Positions 37,196 to 47,616 are shown, counted from the first letter of the stretch. The stretch: DNA of 64,000 nt from an uncultured Acidobacteriota bacterium (GCA_963764715.1 CAVXTP010000007.1:11298-75297); one strand, 5' to 3'. Numbers and translations are program-made. Notes: a model not told the origin generated them from the sequence alone.

Positions 37196-39547
37196 ATGAG
37201 AAAGCTCTCGCTCGCCACAGTCCTCACCCTCGCCCTGGTTCTCGCCGGCGGCGCGACCGTGCTTCTCTCGTCGGTCGCCTCGGTGTCGGTCCCCGTCATC
37301 ACGGAGCCCGCGTCGGACGGCCAGGTCATCAACCCCTACGACGTCCACATGGTCGCGGGCCCCTTCGTGGGCTCGCCCGGCGAGAGCCACGTCTGCAGCG
37401 ACTGGGAGATCCGGACGGCGGGCTCGGACGAGCTCGTCTGGAGCGCTGCCTGCGCCACGGGATCGGGCAAGGTGCACGTTCACCTGGGCGACGGCACGTT
37501 CACGGGGCCCCTCGACGGCCGGCACCAGCTGAACTTCGGAAGCGCATACCGGCTGCGCGTGCGCTTCCTCGGCGACGCGGAGCCGGCCGGCAGCGACTGG
37601 AGCGACTGGGCCGTCCGCGAGTTCGCGACGACGGCCGCGACGGTGATCCAGCCGATCCTGCTCTCCGACGTGTCCGTCGTCCCGACGCCGCGGTGGCGCG
37701 ACGACGCCGGGCACGACGTCGTCCTGCCGGCCGCCGGCGCCCGCGCGGGAAGCCTGCGGCTCGACGTGCTCGGAGGCGGAACGGTCCTCACGTTCACGGG
37801 GCTCGACGGCGCGGTCAACCGCCTGTCGAATCCGGGCCCCGTCGCGGCGCACGGCGCCCTGCGGGTCATCGCCGTCGCCGGCTCGGCCCCGCTCGATCTG
37901 CCGGCGTCCACCGTGTTCTTCACGGACGGGAGCGGCGAGGACCGGCAGGTCTTTCTTCCGCCGATCGCTCTCTCCGCGGACGCGATCGCCTCCTGGTGGA
38001 TCGCGGAGGGCGGCGGGGCCTTCACCGACGCGACGGGCGGCGACCCGGCGGCCACGCCCGCGTTCGACGCTCCCGTGACCGAGCCGCCCGTGCCCTGGGC
38101 CGTGAAGCAGCCGGGGCTGCGGGTCGATCGCGTGGCGACCGGCTTCCAGCTCCCCGTCAACATCGCGTTCGTTCCGGCGCCGGGCTCCGCGCCGGATGCC
38201 CCTCTCTTCTACGTCACGGAGCTCTACGGCTCGGTCAAGGTCGTCCTGCGCGACGGGACGGTCTCCGACTACGCGACGGGCCTCCTGAACTTCGACCCCG
38301 CCGGATCCTTCCCGGGCTCGGGTGAGAAAGGCCTCGCCGGGATCGTCGTCGATCCGGGCTCGGGCGACGTGTATGTCAGCTCGGTCTTCGCGGTTGCCGG
38401 CGTGACCGACTTTCACTTCCCCGAGGTCCGCCGCCTCCACAGCGACGACGGCGGCCGGACGGCCTCGGCGCAGGACCCGATCCTGCAGTTTCCGGACGAG
38501 CCCATGGGCGCGTCGCACCAGACCTCGAACCTGACGATCGGTCCCGACGGCAAGCTCTACGTCCACATCGGCGACGGCCTGCTGACGACGCCGGCGCAGG
38601 ACTTGAACTCGGTGCGCGGGAAGATCCTCCGGGTCAACCTCGACGGCTCGGCCCCCGAGGACAATCCCTTCTACGACGCGACGGACGGCCTGACGAACCG
38701 GGACCTCATCTTCGCCTCGGGGCTGCGCAATCCGTTCGGCGGCGCCTGGCGGGACGTCGACGGTTCGCACTGGGAAGTCGAGAACGGGCCGGGCACCGAC
38801 CGCCTGGCGAAGATCGTCGCCGGTCGCAACTACCTCTGGGACGGCACCGACGGCAGCATGACGAACTACGCCGCGTTCACCTGGTTTCCTTCGCACGCTC
38901 CGGTCAACATCGCCTTCGTGCAGCTCTCGACCTTCGCGGGAAGCGGCTTTCCCGCCGACCGCCTCAACCACGCGTTCGTCACGGAGTCGGGCGCGACCTA
39001 CGCGGCCGGCCCTCAGGCGCTCGGCAAGCGCGTCGTCGAATTCGTGCTCGACGCGGACGGCAATCTCGTGCGCGGCCCCCTGCCCGTCGTCGAGTACCTC
39101 GGCTCCGGACGCGGCACGGCGGTCGGCCTCGCGGCCGGCCCCGACGGTCTCTACTTCACCGACCTCTACAAGGACTTCGGCGCCGCGACGCCGATCGATC
39201 CGGGCGCGAACGTCTTCCGGATCGTCTGGACGGGAGTGGCGGACTTCACGGCCGAGTCGGGAACGTCCGGCCGGGCGCCGTTCGCCGTCCAGTTCCGCGA
39301 CGCCTCCAGCGTCCCCTCGGCCTCGGCGTGGCACTGGGAGTTCGGCGACGGCGAAACGAGCGAAGAGCACGAGCCGCTCCACGTCTATCGCCTGCCGGGC
39401 GCCTACGACGTTCGGCTGACGGTCACCGGCGCGCCGGGAACGGTCGCGAAGCAGAAGCCGGCCTTCGTTGCCGTTCAATCCCCGGCCCGGAGCCCCCTGG
39501 CCGTTCCCCGGGTGCAGCCCACCCCCCGGGTCCTGTCGCCGAGGTAG
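37196..39547 (+). CDS. PQQ-dependent sugar dehydrogenase (GSDH-like beta-propeller) with C-terminal PKD domain
   Basis: GEKGLAG, GPDGKLYV..GD, GKILR, GLRNPFG, WEFGDG; GGAGG RBS. Confidence 0.85.
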   Translation: MRKLSLATVLTLALVLAGGATVLLSSVASVSVPVITEPASDGQVINPYDVHMVAGPFVGSPGESHVCSDWEIRTAGSDELVWSAACATGSGKVHVHLGDGTFTGPLDGRHQLNFGSAYRLRVRFLGDAEPAGSDWSDWAVREFATTAATVIQPILLSDVSVVPTPRWRDDAGHDVVLPAAGARAGSLRLDVLGGGTVLTFTGLDGAVNRLSNPGPVAAHGALRVIAVAGSAPLDLPASTVFFTDGSGEDRQVFLPPIALSADAIASWWIAEGGGAFTDATGGDPAATPAFDAPVTEPPVPWAVKQPGLRVDRVATGFQLPVNIAFVPAPGSAPDAPLFYVTELYGSVKVVLRDGTVSDYATGLLNFDPAGSFPGSGEKGLAGIVVDPGSGDVYVSSVFAVAGVTDFHFPEVRRLHSDDGGRTASAQDPILQFPDEPMGASHQTSNLTIGPDGKLYVHIGDGLLTTPAQDLNSVRGKILRVNLDGSAPEDNPFYDATDGLTNRDLIFASGLRNPFGGAWRDVDGSHWEVENGPGTDRLAKIVAGRNYLWDGTDGSMTNYAAFTWFPSHAPVNIAFVQLSTFAGSGFPADRLNHAFVTESGATYAAGPQALGKRVVEFVLDADGNLVRGPLPVVEYLGSGRGTAVGLAAGPDGLYFTDLYKDFGAATPIDPGANVFRIVWTGVADFTAESGTSGRAPFAVQFRDASSVPSASAWHWEFGDGETSEEHEPLHVYRLPGAYDVRLTVTGAPGTVAKQKPAFVAVQSPARSPLAVPRVQPTPRVLSPR

Positions 39548-39566
39548 CCACCTTACAATTGGCCGG

Positions 39567-40760
39567 ATGGAGACTTCCGAGGAAGAGCGGGCGGTCCGCC
39601 GCCGTCCCCTGCGGTGGGCCGTGGGCGCCGCGGCGCTCCTGCTCCTCGCCATCCTGCTGACGGCCCTTTCGCGGCCCCGGGGGGTCCCGGTCCAGGTCGT
39701 CGGGGTCAAGCGCGGGGACCTGATCGTTCCGGTCCAGTGCGACGGGACGCTGGAGCCCCCGCCCGGCGGCGAGCTGCGCTCTCCCGAGAGCGCGGCGGTG
39801 GCCGAGCTTGCCGCCCGGGACGGCGACCGCGTCTCGGCGGGGACGCGGCTCGTGCGGCTCGAGAACGCCGAGCTCTCGCAGAAGGCGCTCGACGCCCGAT
39901 CCGAGGCCCTGCGCCTGGCGGCGGACCGGGCGAGCGCCGAGGCCGAGCTCGCCGAGCTTGCCCGCGAGGAGAAGCACCGGCGAGAAGTCTTCGAGGCGGA
40001 CGGGCGGCTGCTTTCGTCCGGCGCGATCTCGCGCGCCGCCGCCGAGGCCGACGAGCGGTCGCTTCGCCAGGCGGAAGACAACCTGCGCGCGGCGCGCACG
40101 CGGCTGTCGGGGCTCGACGGCCCCCTGTCGCGCCTCGCGCTGGCGGAACGAGCGGCCGACGAGTTCGAGCGGCGCGTCGCGGCGCTCGACGTCCGCGCGC
40201 CGTCGGCCGGCGTCGTCTACGGCCTTCCGCGGCGCGTCGGCGAAACCGTCTCCGCCGGCCAGGTCGTGGCGAGCGTCGTCGAGGCGGCGCACCGGCGCCT
40301 GCGGGCCCGCGTCGACCAGCCGGACCTGCCGCGGGTGGCGACGGGCCAGCGCGTCATCGTGGCCTTCGACGGCCTGCCGCGGCAGCGCTGGGAGGGCCGC
40401 GTGACGTTCGTCTCGCCGGGGCTCTCGACGGTGGGCGGCCGCGAGGTTGGCGAAGTCCTCGGCGAGGTCGACGATCCGAAGGGAGAGCTTCCGACCAACG
40501 CCGCCGTCGAAGTCCAGATCGTGACGGGAGAAAAGAGCGGCGCGCTCGTCATCCCCCGGGCCGCGGTCCTCCGCGACGGCGACCGGCGCTACGTGTACCT
40601 GCTCGAAAAGGGCCGGGCGCGCCGGCGCGAGGTCCAGGTCGGGCTGTCCGGCCTGAACGACGTCGAGATCGCCTCCGGCGTCTCCGAGAAGGACTCGGTC
40701 ATCCTTCCCGGCTCGACCACCCTGTCGGAGGGCCTGCGGGTCCGCTCCGGCGGCGCGTAA
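39567..40760 (+). CDS. Periplasmic adaptor (MacA/HlyD-like membrane fusion protein)
   Basis: N-terminal TM, coiled hairpin, VRAPSAGVV, IPRAAV. Confidence 0.9.
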   Translation: METSEEERAVRRRPLRWAVGAAALLLLAILLTALSRPRGVPVQVVGVKRGDLIVPVQCDGTLEPPPGGELRSPESAAVAELAARDGDRVSAGTRLVRLENAELSQKALDARSEALRLAADRASAEAELAELAREEKHRREVFEADGRLLSSGAISRAAAEADERSLRQAEDNLRAARTRLSGLDGPLSRLALAERAADEFERRVAALDVRAPSAGVVYGLPRRVGETVSAGQVVASVVEAAHRRLRARVDQPDLPRVATGQRVIVAFDGLPRQRWEGRVTFVSPGLSTVGGREVGEVLGEVDDPKGELPTNAAVEVQIVTGEKSGALVIPRAAVLRDGDRRYVYLLEKGRARRREVQVGLSGLNDVEIASGVSEKDSVILPGSTTLSEGLRVRSGGA

Positions 40761-40778
40761 GGCCCGGCCCCTCGACCC

Positions 40779-41984
40779 ATGTTCAACCGCGAAGTCTTCG
40801 GCATGGCGCTCGACCGGTTCCGAAAGCACCCGGTCCAGACCTCGCTCACGCTCGCCGGCCTCGTCGTGGGAACCGCCGCGATCATCCTCGTCGTCAGCCT
40901 GGGGCTGACGGGGCGGCAGTACGTGCTGCGCCAGATCGAGGGCGTCGGCTCGCGGCTGGTCTGGGCGAACTACCGCGGCACGGTCAGCTCCGGCGTCTCG
41001 CGCACCGCGGACGACTTCATGACGGACACGGACGTCAAGGCGATCGCCGCCCGCAACGACCTCTTTTCGGGCGTCACGGGGATCGTGACGCTCCGCGGCA
41101 ACGTGACCGTCCAGTCGCAGTCGAAGACGCTGACGGTCCTCGGCGTCATGCCCAACTACGGGGAGGTCCGCAAGAACATGCGGATCCTGCGGGGCCGCTT
41201 CTTCGACGACGACGACGCGCTCGAGCGCGCCCGGGTCTGCGTCGTGAACCGGGCCCTCTACGACCAGCTCTTCGCCAACGACGAGTCGCCCGACAAGACG
41301 ATCCGCACGCTCGGCACGACCTTCCAGGTCATCGGCGAGTTCGAGGAGCCGGTCGACACCCTCGGCCGCGGCGAGGTCGTGCCGGAGACGATCCTCATCC
41401 CGATCACCGTGGCCTGGTACTACACGCCGACCCGCCAGCTGAAGACGCTCTTCGCCGAGACCCGGGACTTCGAGTCGCTGCCGGCCGGCGTCGAGGCGGT
41501 CCAGGAGATCCTGCGGGAGCGCCACCGCCCCGGGTCGGTCTACGAGGTCGAGAGCATGACGACGGTCGTGCGGCTGGCGCGCGCCATCTCGGTCGCGCTC
41601 ATCGTCGTCTTCATCCTCGCGGCCGCGGTCTCGGTCGTCGTCGGCGGCGTCGGGATCATGAACATCCTGCTCGCCTCGGTCGAGCAGCGGACGCGGGAGA
41701 TCGGCGTGCGGATGTCGGTCGGCGCGCGCCGGCGGGACATCCTGGGCCAGTTTCTCTTCGAGGCCCTCGCCCTCGGCGTGGCCGGGGCCTCGATCGGCGT
41801 GGCGATCGGCGTCGGGCTTCCGTACCTCTCGAGCCTGCTGATCAAGAACGTCGACATCCAGGTCTCGGTCCTCTCGGCCGTGCTCGCGTTTCTTTTTTCC
41901 TGTGCCGTGGCAGTCATTTTCGGCGCGGTACCGGCGTACCGCGCATCGAGCTTGAACCCGTCGGAGGCGCTTCACCATGAATAG
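40779..41984 (+). CDS. MacB/FtsX-type ABC permease (no ATPase domain)
   Basis: VGGVGIMNILLASVEQRTREIGVRMSVGA, QFLFEA, PAYRASSLNPSEALHHE. Confidence 0.93.
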   Translation: MFNREVFGMALDRFRKHPVQTSLTLAGLVVGTAAIILVVSLGLTGRQYVLRQIEGVGSRLVWANYRGTVSSGVSRTADDFMTDTDVKAIAARNDLFSGVTGIVTLRGNVTVQSQSKTLTVLGVMPNYGEVRKNMRILRGRFFDDDDALERARVCVVNRALYDQLFANDESPDKTIRTLGTTFQVIGEFEEPVDTLGRGEVVPETILIPITVAWYYTPTRQLKTLFAETRDFESLPAGVEAVQEILRERHRPGSVYEVESMTTVVRLARAISVALIVVFILAAAVSVVVGGVGIMNILLASVEQRTREIGVRMSVGARRRDILGQFLFEALALGVAGASIGVAIGVGLPYLSSLLIKNVDIQVSVLSAVLAFLFSCAVAVIFGAVPAYRASSLNPSEALHHE

Positions 41985-43305
41985 TCGCTGGACCATTCGT
42001 TTCGCCCTGTTCGTTCTGTCGGCCCCGGCCGCGCTCCTCGCGCAGGCCGCCGGGCCGGAGCCGCTGACGCTGCGGCAAGCCGTCGAGCTGGCGCTGGAGC
42101 GGGCCCCGCAGCTCGCCTCGGTGCGGGCCGCGCACGAGGAAGGCGCGGCCTCGGCCGCCCTCGCCCGCGACGCCTTCCACCCCTCGGCGTACTTCGGGAC
42201 GACGCCCGGCTACACCTACGGCCTGCCGACGACGGTGGCGGGACAGGTGCCGGCGATCGCGTCCGTCGAGATCCGCCAGACGATCTACGACGCGAACCGG
42301 CGCTCCGTGGCTCTCCAGGCGCAGGCGACCGAGTCGGCCCTGGACGCCTCGCTCGCGCAGACCTGCCGGTCGACGATCGAGGCCGTCGTCGGCGCCTACG
42401 CCCGGTCGTTCCTCGACGGCGTGCAGGTCGAGGCCGCGCGCCGGCGCCTGGACGCCTCGGAGGCGATGGCCGGGCGCGTCACGGCGCTCGGCGAGGAGGG
42501 CCGGCGCACCCGGCTCGACGTCGAGCGCGCGACACTCGGCGCGGCGCGGGCCCGGCAGAAGCTCCTCAACGCGGAATCGGACCGGGACCTCTCCGAGCTC
42601 GAGCTCAAGCGCCTCATCGGCTGGCCCGGAAGCGCCCCGCTCCGCCTGGCGGGGGACCCCGACTCCGTCATTCCCGAGCTCCAGCAGACCGAGAACCTCA
42701 ACGCCGCGCTGGCGGCGGACCCCGCGCTCAAGGCGCTCGGCCGCGAGGTCGAGCTCCTCGGCCAGTCGGCAAAGCTCGAGTCGAAGCGCTGGCTGCCGGT
42801 CATCGAGGCGTCGGCGCACTATCAGCGGCTGGCGAAGTTCAACAACTACGACGACTACTACCTGTCGTTCACGCCCAACTCCGTGGCGGTCGGCGTGTCG
42901 GTCCTGCTCCCGCTCTGGACGGGCGGCCGCTTCGACGACGGACAGCGCAAGGCGCGCGCGCGGCTCGACCGCGCGGAGGCGGACCTGCGCGTTCGGCACG
43001 GCGACGTCGCGATGGAGGTGAGCCGGGCCGAGGCCGCGGTGGCCCGCGCGACGGCGGAGAAGAGCCTCTCGCGGCGGGCCCGGGGCATCGCCGACCAGAC
43101 CCGCTCGGCCGAAGAGATGCTGGTGCGCGAGGGCCGCAGCGAGCCGACCGACCTCGACGAGAGCGAGATCGCGCTGGCGGACTCGGACGAGGAGGCCGCA
43201 CGCGCCAGCCTCGACTCGGTGCTCGAGCGGGTGCGGCTGCTTTCGCTGCGGGGAGAGCTCGGGACGGCGCTGCTCGGCGTCGAGCCCCCCTGCGCTGTTC
43301 CGTAG
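41977..43305 (+). CDS. TolC-family outer-membrane efflux protein
   Basis: Signal peptide, LTLRQAVELALERAP, PLWTGG; overlaps permease stop. Confidence 0.88.
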   Translation: MNSRWTIRFALFVLSAPAALLAQAAGPEPLTLRQAVELALERAPQLASVRAAHEEGAASAALARDAFHPSAYFGTTPGYTYGLPTTVAGQVPAIASVEIRQTIYDANRRSVALQAQATESALDASLAQTCRSTIEAVVGAYARSFLDGVQVEAARRRLDASEAMAGRVTALGEEGRRTRLDVERATLGAARARQKLLNAESDRDLSELELKRLIGWPGSAPLRLAGDPDSVIPELQQTENLNAALAADPALKALGREVELLGQSAKLESKRWLPVIEASAHYQRLAKFNNYDDYYLSFTPNSVAVGVSVLLPLWTGGRFDDGQRKARARLDRAEADLRVRHGDVAMEVSRAEAAVARATAEKSLSRRARGIADQTRSAEEMLVREGRSEPTDLDESEIALADSDEEAARASLDSVLERVRLLSLRGELGTALLGVEPPCAVP

Positions 43306-43321
43306 GGGCGGCCGGGAGCCC

Positions 43322-44266
43322 CTAGCGCGTCTTCGCCGGCGTGGGCGCCGGCGTCACGGCCGCCGTCCGGTTGGCGGCGAGGAGCTTCGCGAGCACTTCG
43401 TCGTAGTACGGCTTCTCGCGCAGGCCCGCGTACTTGCCCGGGAAGTAGGCGACCGTCACGTCCGCGAGGCCCGCGGCGCCGTCGAAGGCATTCAACACGA
43501 CGGCCAGGCGTTGATCGTGGGGCAGGCGGATGTTGTCGATCATCGGGAAGTCGAAGTACGCCAGCCAGAATTCGGTCGCCGTGGTGTCGGCCCGTCCGTT
43601 CTCCTCGGTCCGGACGGTGATCCGGAGCTGGAGCTGCTCGAGCTCGTTGTTGACGCCGAGCACCTCGAGCCGGAAGTTGCGGCGGATCCCGTCGACCTCG
43701 AGGTCCCGGGCGATGAAGGGGACCTCGCCCGTGCCGTCGGGGGACGGGAACGCGAGCGTCTTCGTGTTCACGGTCGCGTCGAAGGTCGCGCCGCCCTCCT
43801 CGATGACGAGCATCTGCTTCTTGGCGACCTCCTCGGCGACGCGCGCGAGGCGCGCGAGGTATTCGCGGCGCTCCGGGCTCTGCCTCGCCTGCCGCTCGAT
43901 GTGGAGAAAGAGCGGCTTGAGGTTCAGCGACTCGTGGAAGTTGTAGACGAGAAGCTCAAGGTTCAGGAGCTTCTGGTCGAGCGTCTGCGGCCCGGCTCCC
44001 AGAAAGGACGAGATGATCGAGGTGAACATGTCCTTGCGCAGCGCGCTCTCGGACTCCTCCCGCCGGCTGATCAGCTCCGAGTAGAGGCGGGCGTTGGTGT
44101 CGGCCGTCTGCATGCGCTCGCGCAGCTCCGCGTCCCGGTGCTCGCGCTCGCGCAGGTACGAGGACGTCCAGAAGCCGAGCACCGCCACGGCGAGGGCCGT
44201 GAGGAGCCCGCCGACCGGATGCAGCAGGATCCCGGCCTTGTCCCAGGCGTCGCGCTTCTCGGCCAT
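43322..44266 (-). CDS. Hypothetical membrane-anchored protein
   Basis: MAEKRDAWDK, one TM, coiled segment, FDFPMIDN motif; TAATG coupling to upstream gene. Confidence 0.75.
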   Translation of the reverse strand: MAEKRDAWDKAGILLHPVGGLLTALAVAVLGFWTSSYLREREHRDAELRERMQTADTNARLYSELISRREESESALRKDMFTSIISSFLGAGPQTLDQKLLNLELLVYNFHESLNLKPLFLHIERQARQSPERREYLARLARVAEEVAKKQMLVIEEGGATFDATVNTKTLAFPSPDGTGEVPFIARDLEVDGIRRNFRLEVLGVNNELEQLQLRITVRTEENGRADTTATEFWLAYFDFPMIDNIRLPHDQRLAVVLNAFDGAAGLADVTVAYFPGKYAGLREKPYYDEVLAKLLAANRTAAVTPAPTPAKTR

Positions 44267-44595
44267 TACTTCCGCGTGAGCGAGACCTTGCCCGCATGCT
44301 CCGTGACCGCGAGGTCGTAGCGGCTGGGCTTCTCGAAGACGGCGACGCCGAGCGAAGCCGTCCCGCCCTTGTAGTCGATCGAGAGCTTGCACTGCCCGCT
44401 CGCCGCGATCTTGAGGCTGTATCCGCCGAACTCGTCGGTCGAGGCCGTCGCCGTCGTGCCGGCGCAGTCGAGCTTCAGCGCGACCCCCCTGGCGATCGGC
44501 TTGCCGTTCTCGCTGACCGTGCCGTGGATCTCGGCCGCGGAAGCCCCGGCGGCCAGGGCCAACCCGAGGATCGCCATTCCCGCTCGTCTCATCAT
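44266..44595 (-). CDS. Small secreted beta-sandwich (carboxypeptidase-regulatory-like) protein
   Basis: GGAGG RBS; signal peptide; IHGTV...TDEFGGY; two Cys. Confidence 0.75.
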   Translation of the reverse strand: MMRRAGMAILGLALAAGASAAEIHGTVSENGKPIARGVALKLDCAGTTATASTDEFGGYSLKIAASGQCKLSIDYKGGTASLGVAVFEKPSRYDLAVTEHAGKVSLTRK

Positions 44596-44738
44596 CTTCC
44601 TGACCTCCATTGCCGATTGGCTAACCCGAACCCGGCCGCAAGGCATTCCATTCGCATGGATCCGGTCGCCGGGGTGACCAGCCGCACACGCGGCCGACAC
44701 CCGGGCGCGGGAGGCGGTGTGGGACAATCCGGCCAAAA

Positions 44739-47309
44739 ATGACCCGGCGTCTTCTGTCGCGCTTCCTCGCCGTCGCGGCCCTCGCCGCAGTCTATGTCGC
44801 GGCAGCGCGTCTCGGGCTCTCGCTGGCGTTTTTGCACCCCAGCGCGACACCGGTCTGGGCCCCGACCGGCATCGCCCTGGCGGCCCTGCTGATCCTCGGG
44901 TACGACCTCTGGCCGGGGGTCTTCATCGGCGCCCTGGCGGCGAACTTGTGGACGTCCGGCGCGCTCGCGCCTTCCCTCGGGATCGCCGTGGGCAACACCC
45001 TCGAGGCCGTCGTCGGCGTCTGGCTCGTCCATCGCTTCGCCGGCGGGCGCCACGCCTTCGAACGGCCGCGGGACATCTTCCGCTTCGCCTGGCTCGCCGC
45101 GGGAGCGGCCACCGCGTTGAGCGCCACGCTCGGGACGGCGAGCCTGTGCCTCGGGGGCCTCGCGCCGTGGTCGAACTTCGGGCCGATCTGGCTGACCTGG
45201 TGGCTGGGCGACGGCTCGGGCGCCCTGCTCGTGACGCCGGTCCTGCTGACGTGGACGCTGCGCAACCACCCCCGCGAGTCGGGCGAGCGGCTCGAGGCGG
45301 GCGTACTCCTTCTCGGCGTGGTCCTGGTCGGGCTAATCGTCTTCGGCGGGTTCATCCCGACGCCCTCCTCGACCCGGGACCTTCCGCTCGAGTTCCTGTG
45401 CCTTCCGCTCCTCGTCACGATCGCGTTCCGCATGGGAGTCCGCGAGTCCGCCCTCGCCAACCTTCTTCTCGCCGTCGTGGCGATCACCTGCACGCTGCGC
45501 GGGACGGGCCCGTTCCACCGGCCCGACTACAACGAGTCGCTCCTGCTGCTCCAGGCGTTTTCGGGGGTCGTGGCGCTGACGACGGCGGCGCTCGCCGCGG
45601 TCGTGTCCGAGCGGCGGCGCGTGACGCAGTTCGCGGCCGTGCTCGAGTCGGCCGTCGACAGCGCGGTCGAAGGCGTCGTCATCCTCTCGGGCGGCGCCTC
45701 GCCCTCGCGGCCGCGCATCACGTTCGCCAACGGCGGGTTCCTGCGGATGACGGGCCTCGCGCGGACCGACGTCCTCGGGAAGACCCTCGACGTCGTGAGC
45801 GTGGCGCCGGGCGAGGCCCTGGGGGACGCGAGGCGGGCCTTCGCGGTCGGCGAGGCGTTCCAGCGCGAGCTCGTCGTCAAGCGCGCCGACGGCACCGAGC
45901 TCGCCGTGGAGCTCCAGCTCATGCCGGTCCGGGGCCGGAAGGCCGGCTCGATCTCCTGGATCGCCATCCTGCGCGACGTCAGCGAGCGCCGCCAGCACGT
46001 CGCGGCGCTCGAGCACCAGGCCCTCCACGACTCCCTGACGGGCCTGCCGAACCGGCTCCTTCTCCAGGACCGGCTCGAGCAGATGCTGCGCGGGTCGCGG
46101 CGCGAAGGCGGCTCGCTCGCCGTCCTGTTGATCGACCTCGACGGCTTCAAGGAGATCAACGATTCCTACGGGCACTCCGTGGGCGACGTCGTGCTCGCGC
46201 AGGTCGGGCCGAGGCTGCGCGGCGTCCTGCGCTCGGTCGACACGATCGCTCGATTCGGCGGGGACGAGTTCGTCGTGCTGCTCCCGGCCTCCGGCGGGCG
46301 GGCCGACGCCGGACGCATGGCCGCGAAGATCCTCGAGACCCTCGAAGCGCCCTTCGTCGTCGACGAGCACACGCTCGAGATCTCGGCGTCGATCGGCATC
46401 GCGCTGTCCCCCGAGAACGGGACCGACGGGGCGATGCTGCTGCGGGCGGCCGACGTCGCGATGTACGGCGCCAAGCGCTCGAGCAACGGATATGCGGTCT
46501 ACTCGGCGAAGGAGGACGTCTTCTCCCGGAGCCGCCTCGCCCTCCTCGAGGAGCTGCGCCACGGCCTCCAGGCCGGCGAGTTCTTCCTCGTCTACCAGCC
46601 CGAGGTCGACCTGCGGACGGGACGCCTCGAGCGCGCCGAGGCCCTCGTGCGGTGGCGGCACCCCGAGCGGGGCCTCATCCTGCCGGACGAGTTCATCTCC
46701 GGGGCGGAGCGGATCGGCCTGATCCGCGAGCTGACGGACTGGGTCCTCGAGACGAGCCTGAGGCAGTGCGCCGAGTGGAAGGCGGCGGGCGCGGTCGTTC
46801 CGATCGCCGTCAACGCGTCCGTGCGGATCCTCCGCGACAGCGGGCTCGCCGAGCGCGTCCGCCGGATCCTCGAGCGGCTGCGCCTGGACCCGAAGCTCCT
46901 GACGTTCGAGATCACCGAGAGCGTCACGGCCGAGCCGCTGCACGCCCTGTCGACGCTGGCGGAGCTGCGCGAGGCCGGCGTGCGGCTGGCGATCGACGAC
47001 TTCGGCGTCGGTTCGCTCTCCCTCCGCACGCTCAAGCAGCTCCCGGTCGACGAGATCAAGATCGACCGCTCGTTCGTCACGGGAATGGACACGCAGGAGG
47101 CCAACGCGGCCGTCGTCCGCTCCGTGATCGACCTCGCGCACCACCTCGGGTGCCGGGCCGTCGCCGAAGGCGTCGAGAGCCCGCGGGAGTGGGACCGCCT
47201 GGCCACGATGGGTTGCGATCTCGTCCAGGGCCACTTCGTCAGCCCGCCGCTCGAGGCCGGCGAGGTGGTGCGCTGGATGGCCGAGCCCCACCCGCTCGCC
47301 CGCCGCTGA
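44739..47309 (+). CDS. MASE1-PAS-GGDEF-EAL c-di-GMP enzyme
   Basis: PVWAPTGI/WWLGD (MASE1); HDSLTGLPNR, RFGGDEF; EALVRW, IDDFG, KIDRSF, VAEGVE. Confidence 0.95.
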   Translation: MTRRLLSRFLAVAALAAVYVAAARLGLSLAFLHPSATPVWAPTGIALAALLILGYDLWPGVFIGALAANLWTSGALAPSLGIAVGNTLEAVVGVWLVHRFAGGRHAFERPRDIFRFAWLAAGAATALSATLGTASLCLGGLAPWSNFGPIWLTWWLGDGSGALLVTPVLLTWTLRNHPRESGERLEAGVLLLGVVLVGLIVFGGFIPTPSSTRDLPLEFLCLPLLVTIAFRMGVRESALANLLLAVVAITCTLRGTGPFHRPDYNESLLLLQAFSGVVALTTAALAAVVSERRRVTQFAAVLESAVDSAVEGVVILSGGASPSRPRITFANGGFLRMTGLARTDVLGKTLDVVSVAPGEALGDARRAFAVGEAFQRELVVKRADGTELAVELQLMPVRGRKAGSISWIAILRDVSERRQHVAALEHQALHDSLTGLPNRLLLQDRLEQMLRGSRREGGSLAVLLIDLDGFKEINDSYGHSVGDVVLAQVGPRLRGVLRSVDTIARFGGDEFVVLLPASGGRADAGRMAAKILETLEAPFVVDEHTLEISASIGIALSPENGTDGAMLLRAADVAMYGAKRSSNGYAVYSAKEDVFSRSRLALLEELRHGLQAGEFFLVYQPEVDLRTGRLERAEALVRWRHPERGLILPDEFISGAERIGLIRELTDWVLETSLRQCAEWKAAGAVVPIAVNASVRILRDSGLAERVRRILERLRLDPKLLTFEITESVTAEPLHALSTLAELREAGVRLAIDDFGVGSLSLRTLKQLPVDEIKIDRSFVTGMDTQEANAAVVRSVIDLAHHLGCRAVAEGVESPREWDRLATMGCDLVQGHFVSPPLEAGEVVRWMAEPHPLARR

Positions 47310-47403
47310 GACTTTACGAGGCCTTCACGCCCTCCTCGGCCGCGCCGGGCAAGCTCGCGCTCCACCCGAAACGAGGAGCGCGAGGATGCGAAACACCCGA
47401 TCC

Positions 47404-47583
47404 ATGGAATGGACCTGCCCGAAGTGCCGCACGCGCAACGCCCGCCCGATCCCGGGCAACACGCCCGAGGGAAAGCTCATCGCCGTGCGGTGCGACTCCT
47501 GCGGGGCTGCGTACTACGCCACCGCCGTCGTGCGCGCGCAGCCCGGCGCGCCGCCGGCGGTCTACGGGGTGACCTGGGTGTGA
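47404..47583 (+). CDS. Small zinc-ribbon protein
   Basis: CPKC...CDSC; start 47404 or 47386. Confidence 0.6.
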   Translation: MEWTCPKCRTRNARPIPGNTPEGKLIAVRCDSCGAAYYATAVVRAQPGAPPAVYGVTWV

Positions 47584-47616
47584 CCTCGAACGATGGCGGC
47601 CAGCGCGCGGCGATTC

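Noticed and set aside
43302-43324. GTAGGGGC...GCCCCTAG as another REP
   Set aside because: Single short hairpin built from two convergent stop codons; more likely a terminator-like stem
44635-44652. Sigma54 promoter (TGGAAT...TTGC, minus strand)
   Set aside because: GG-to-GC spacing is 8 nt, not the required 10
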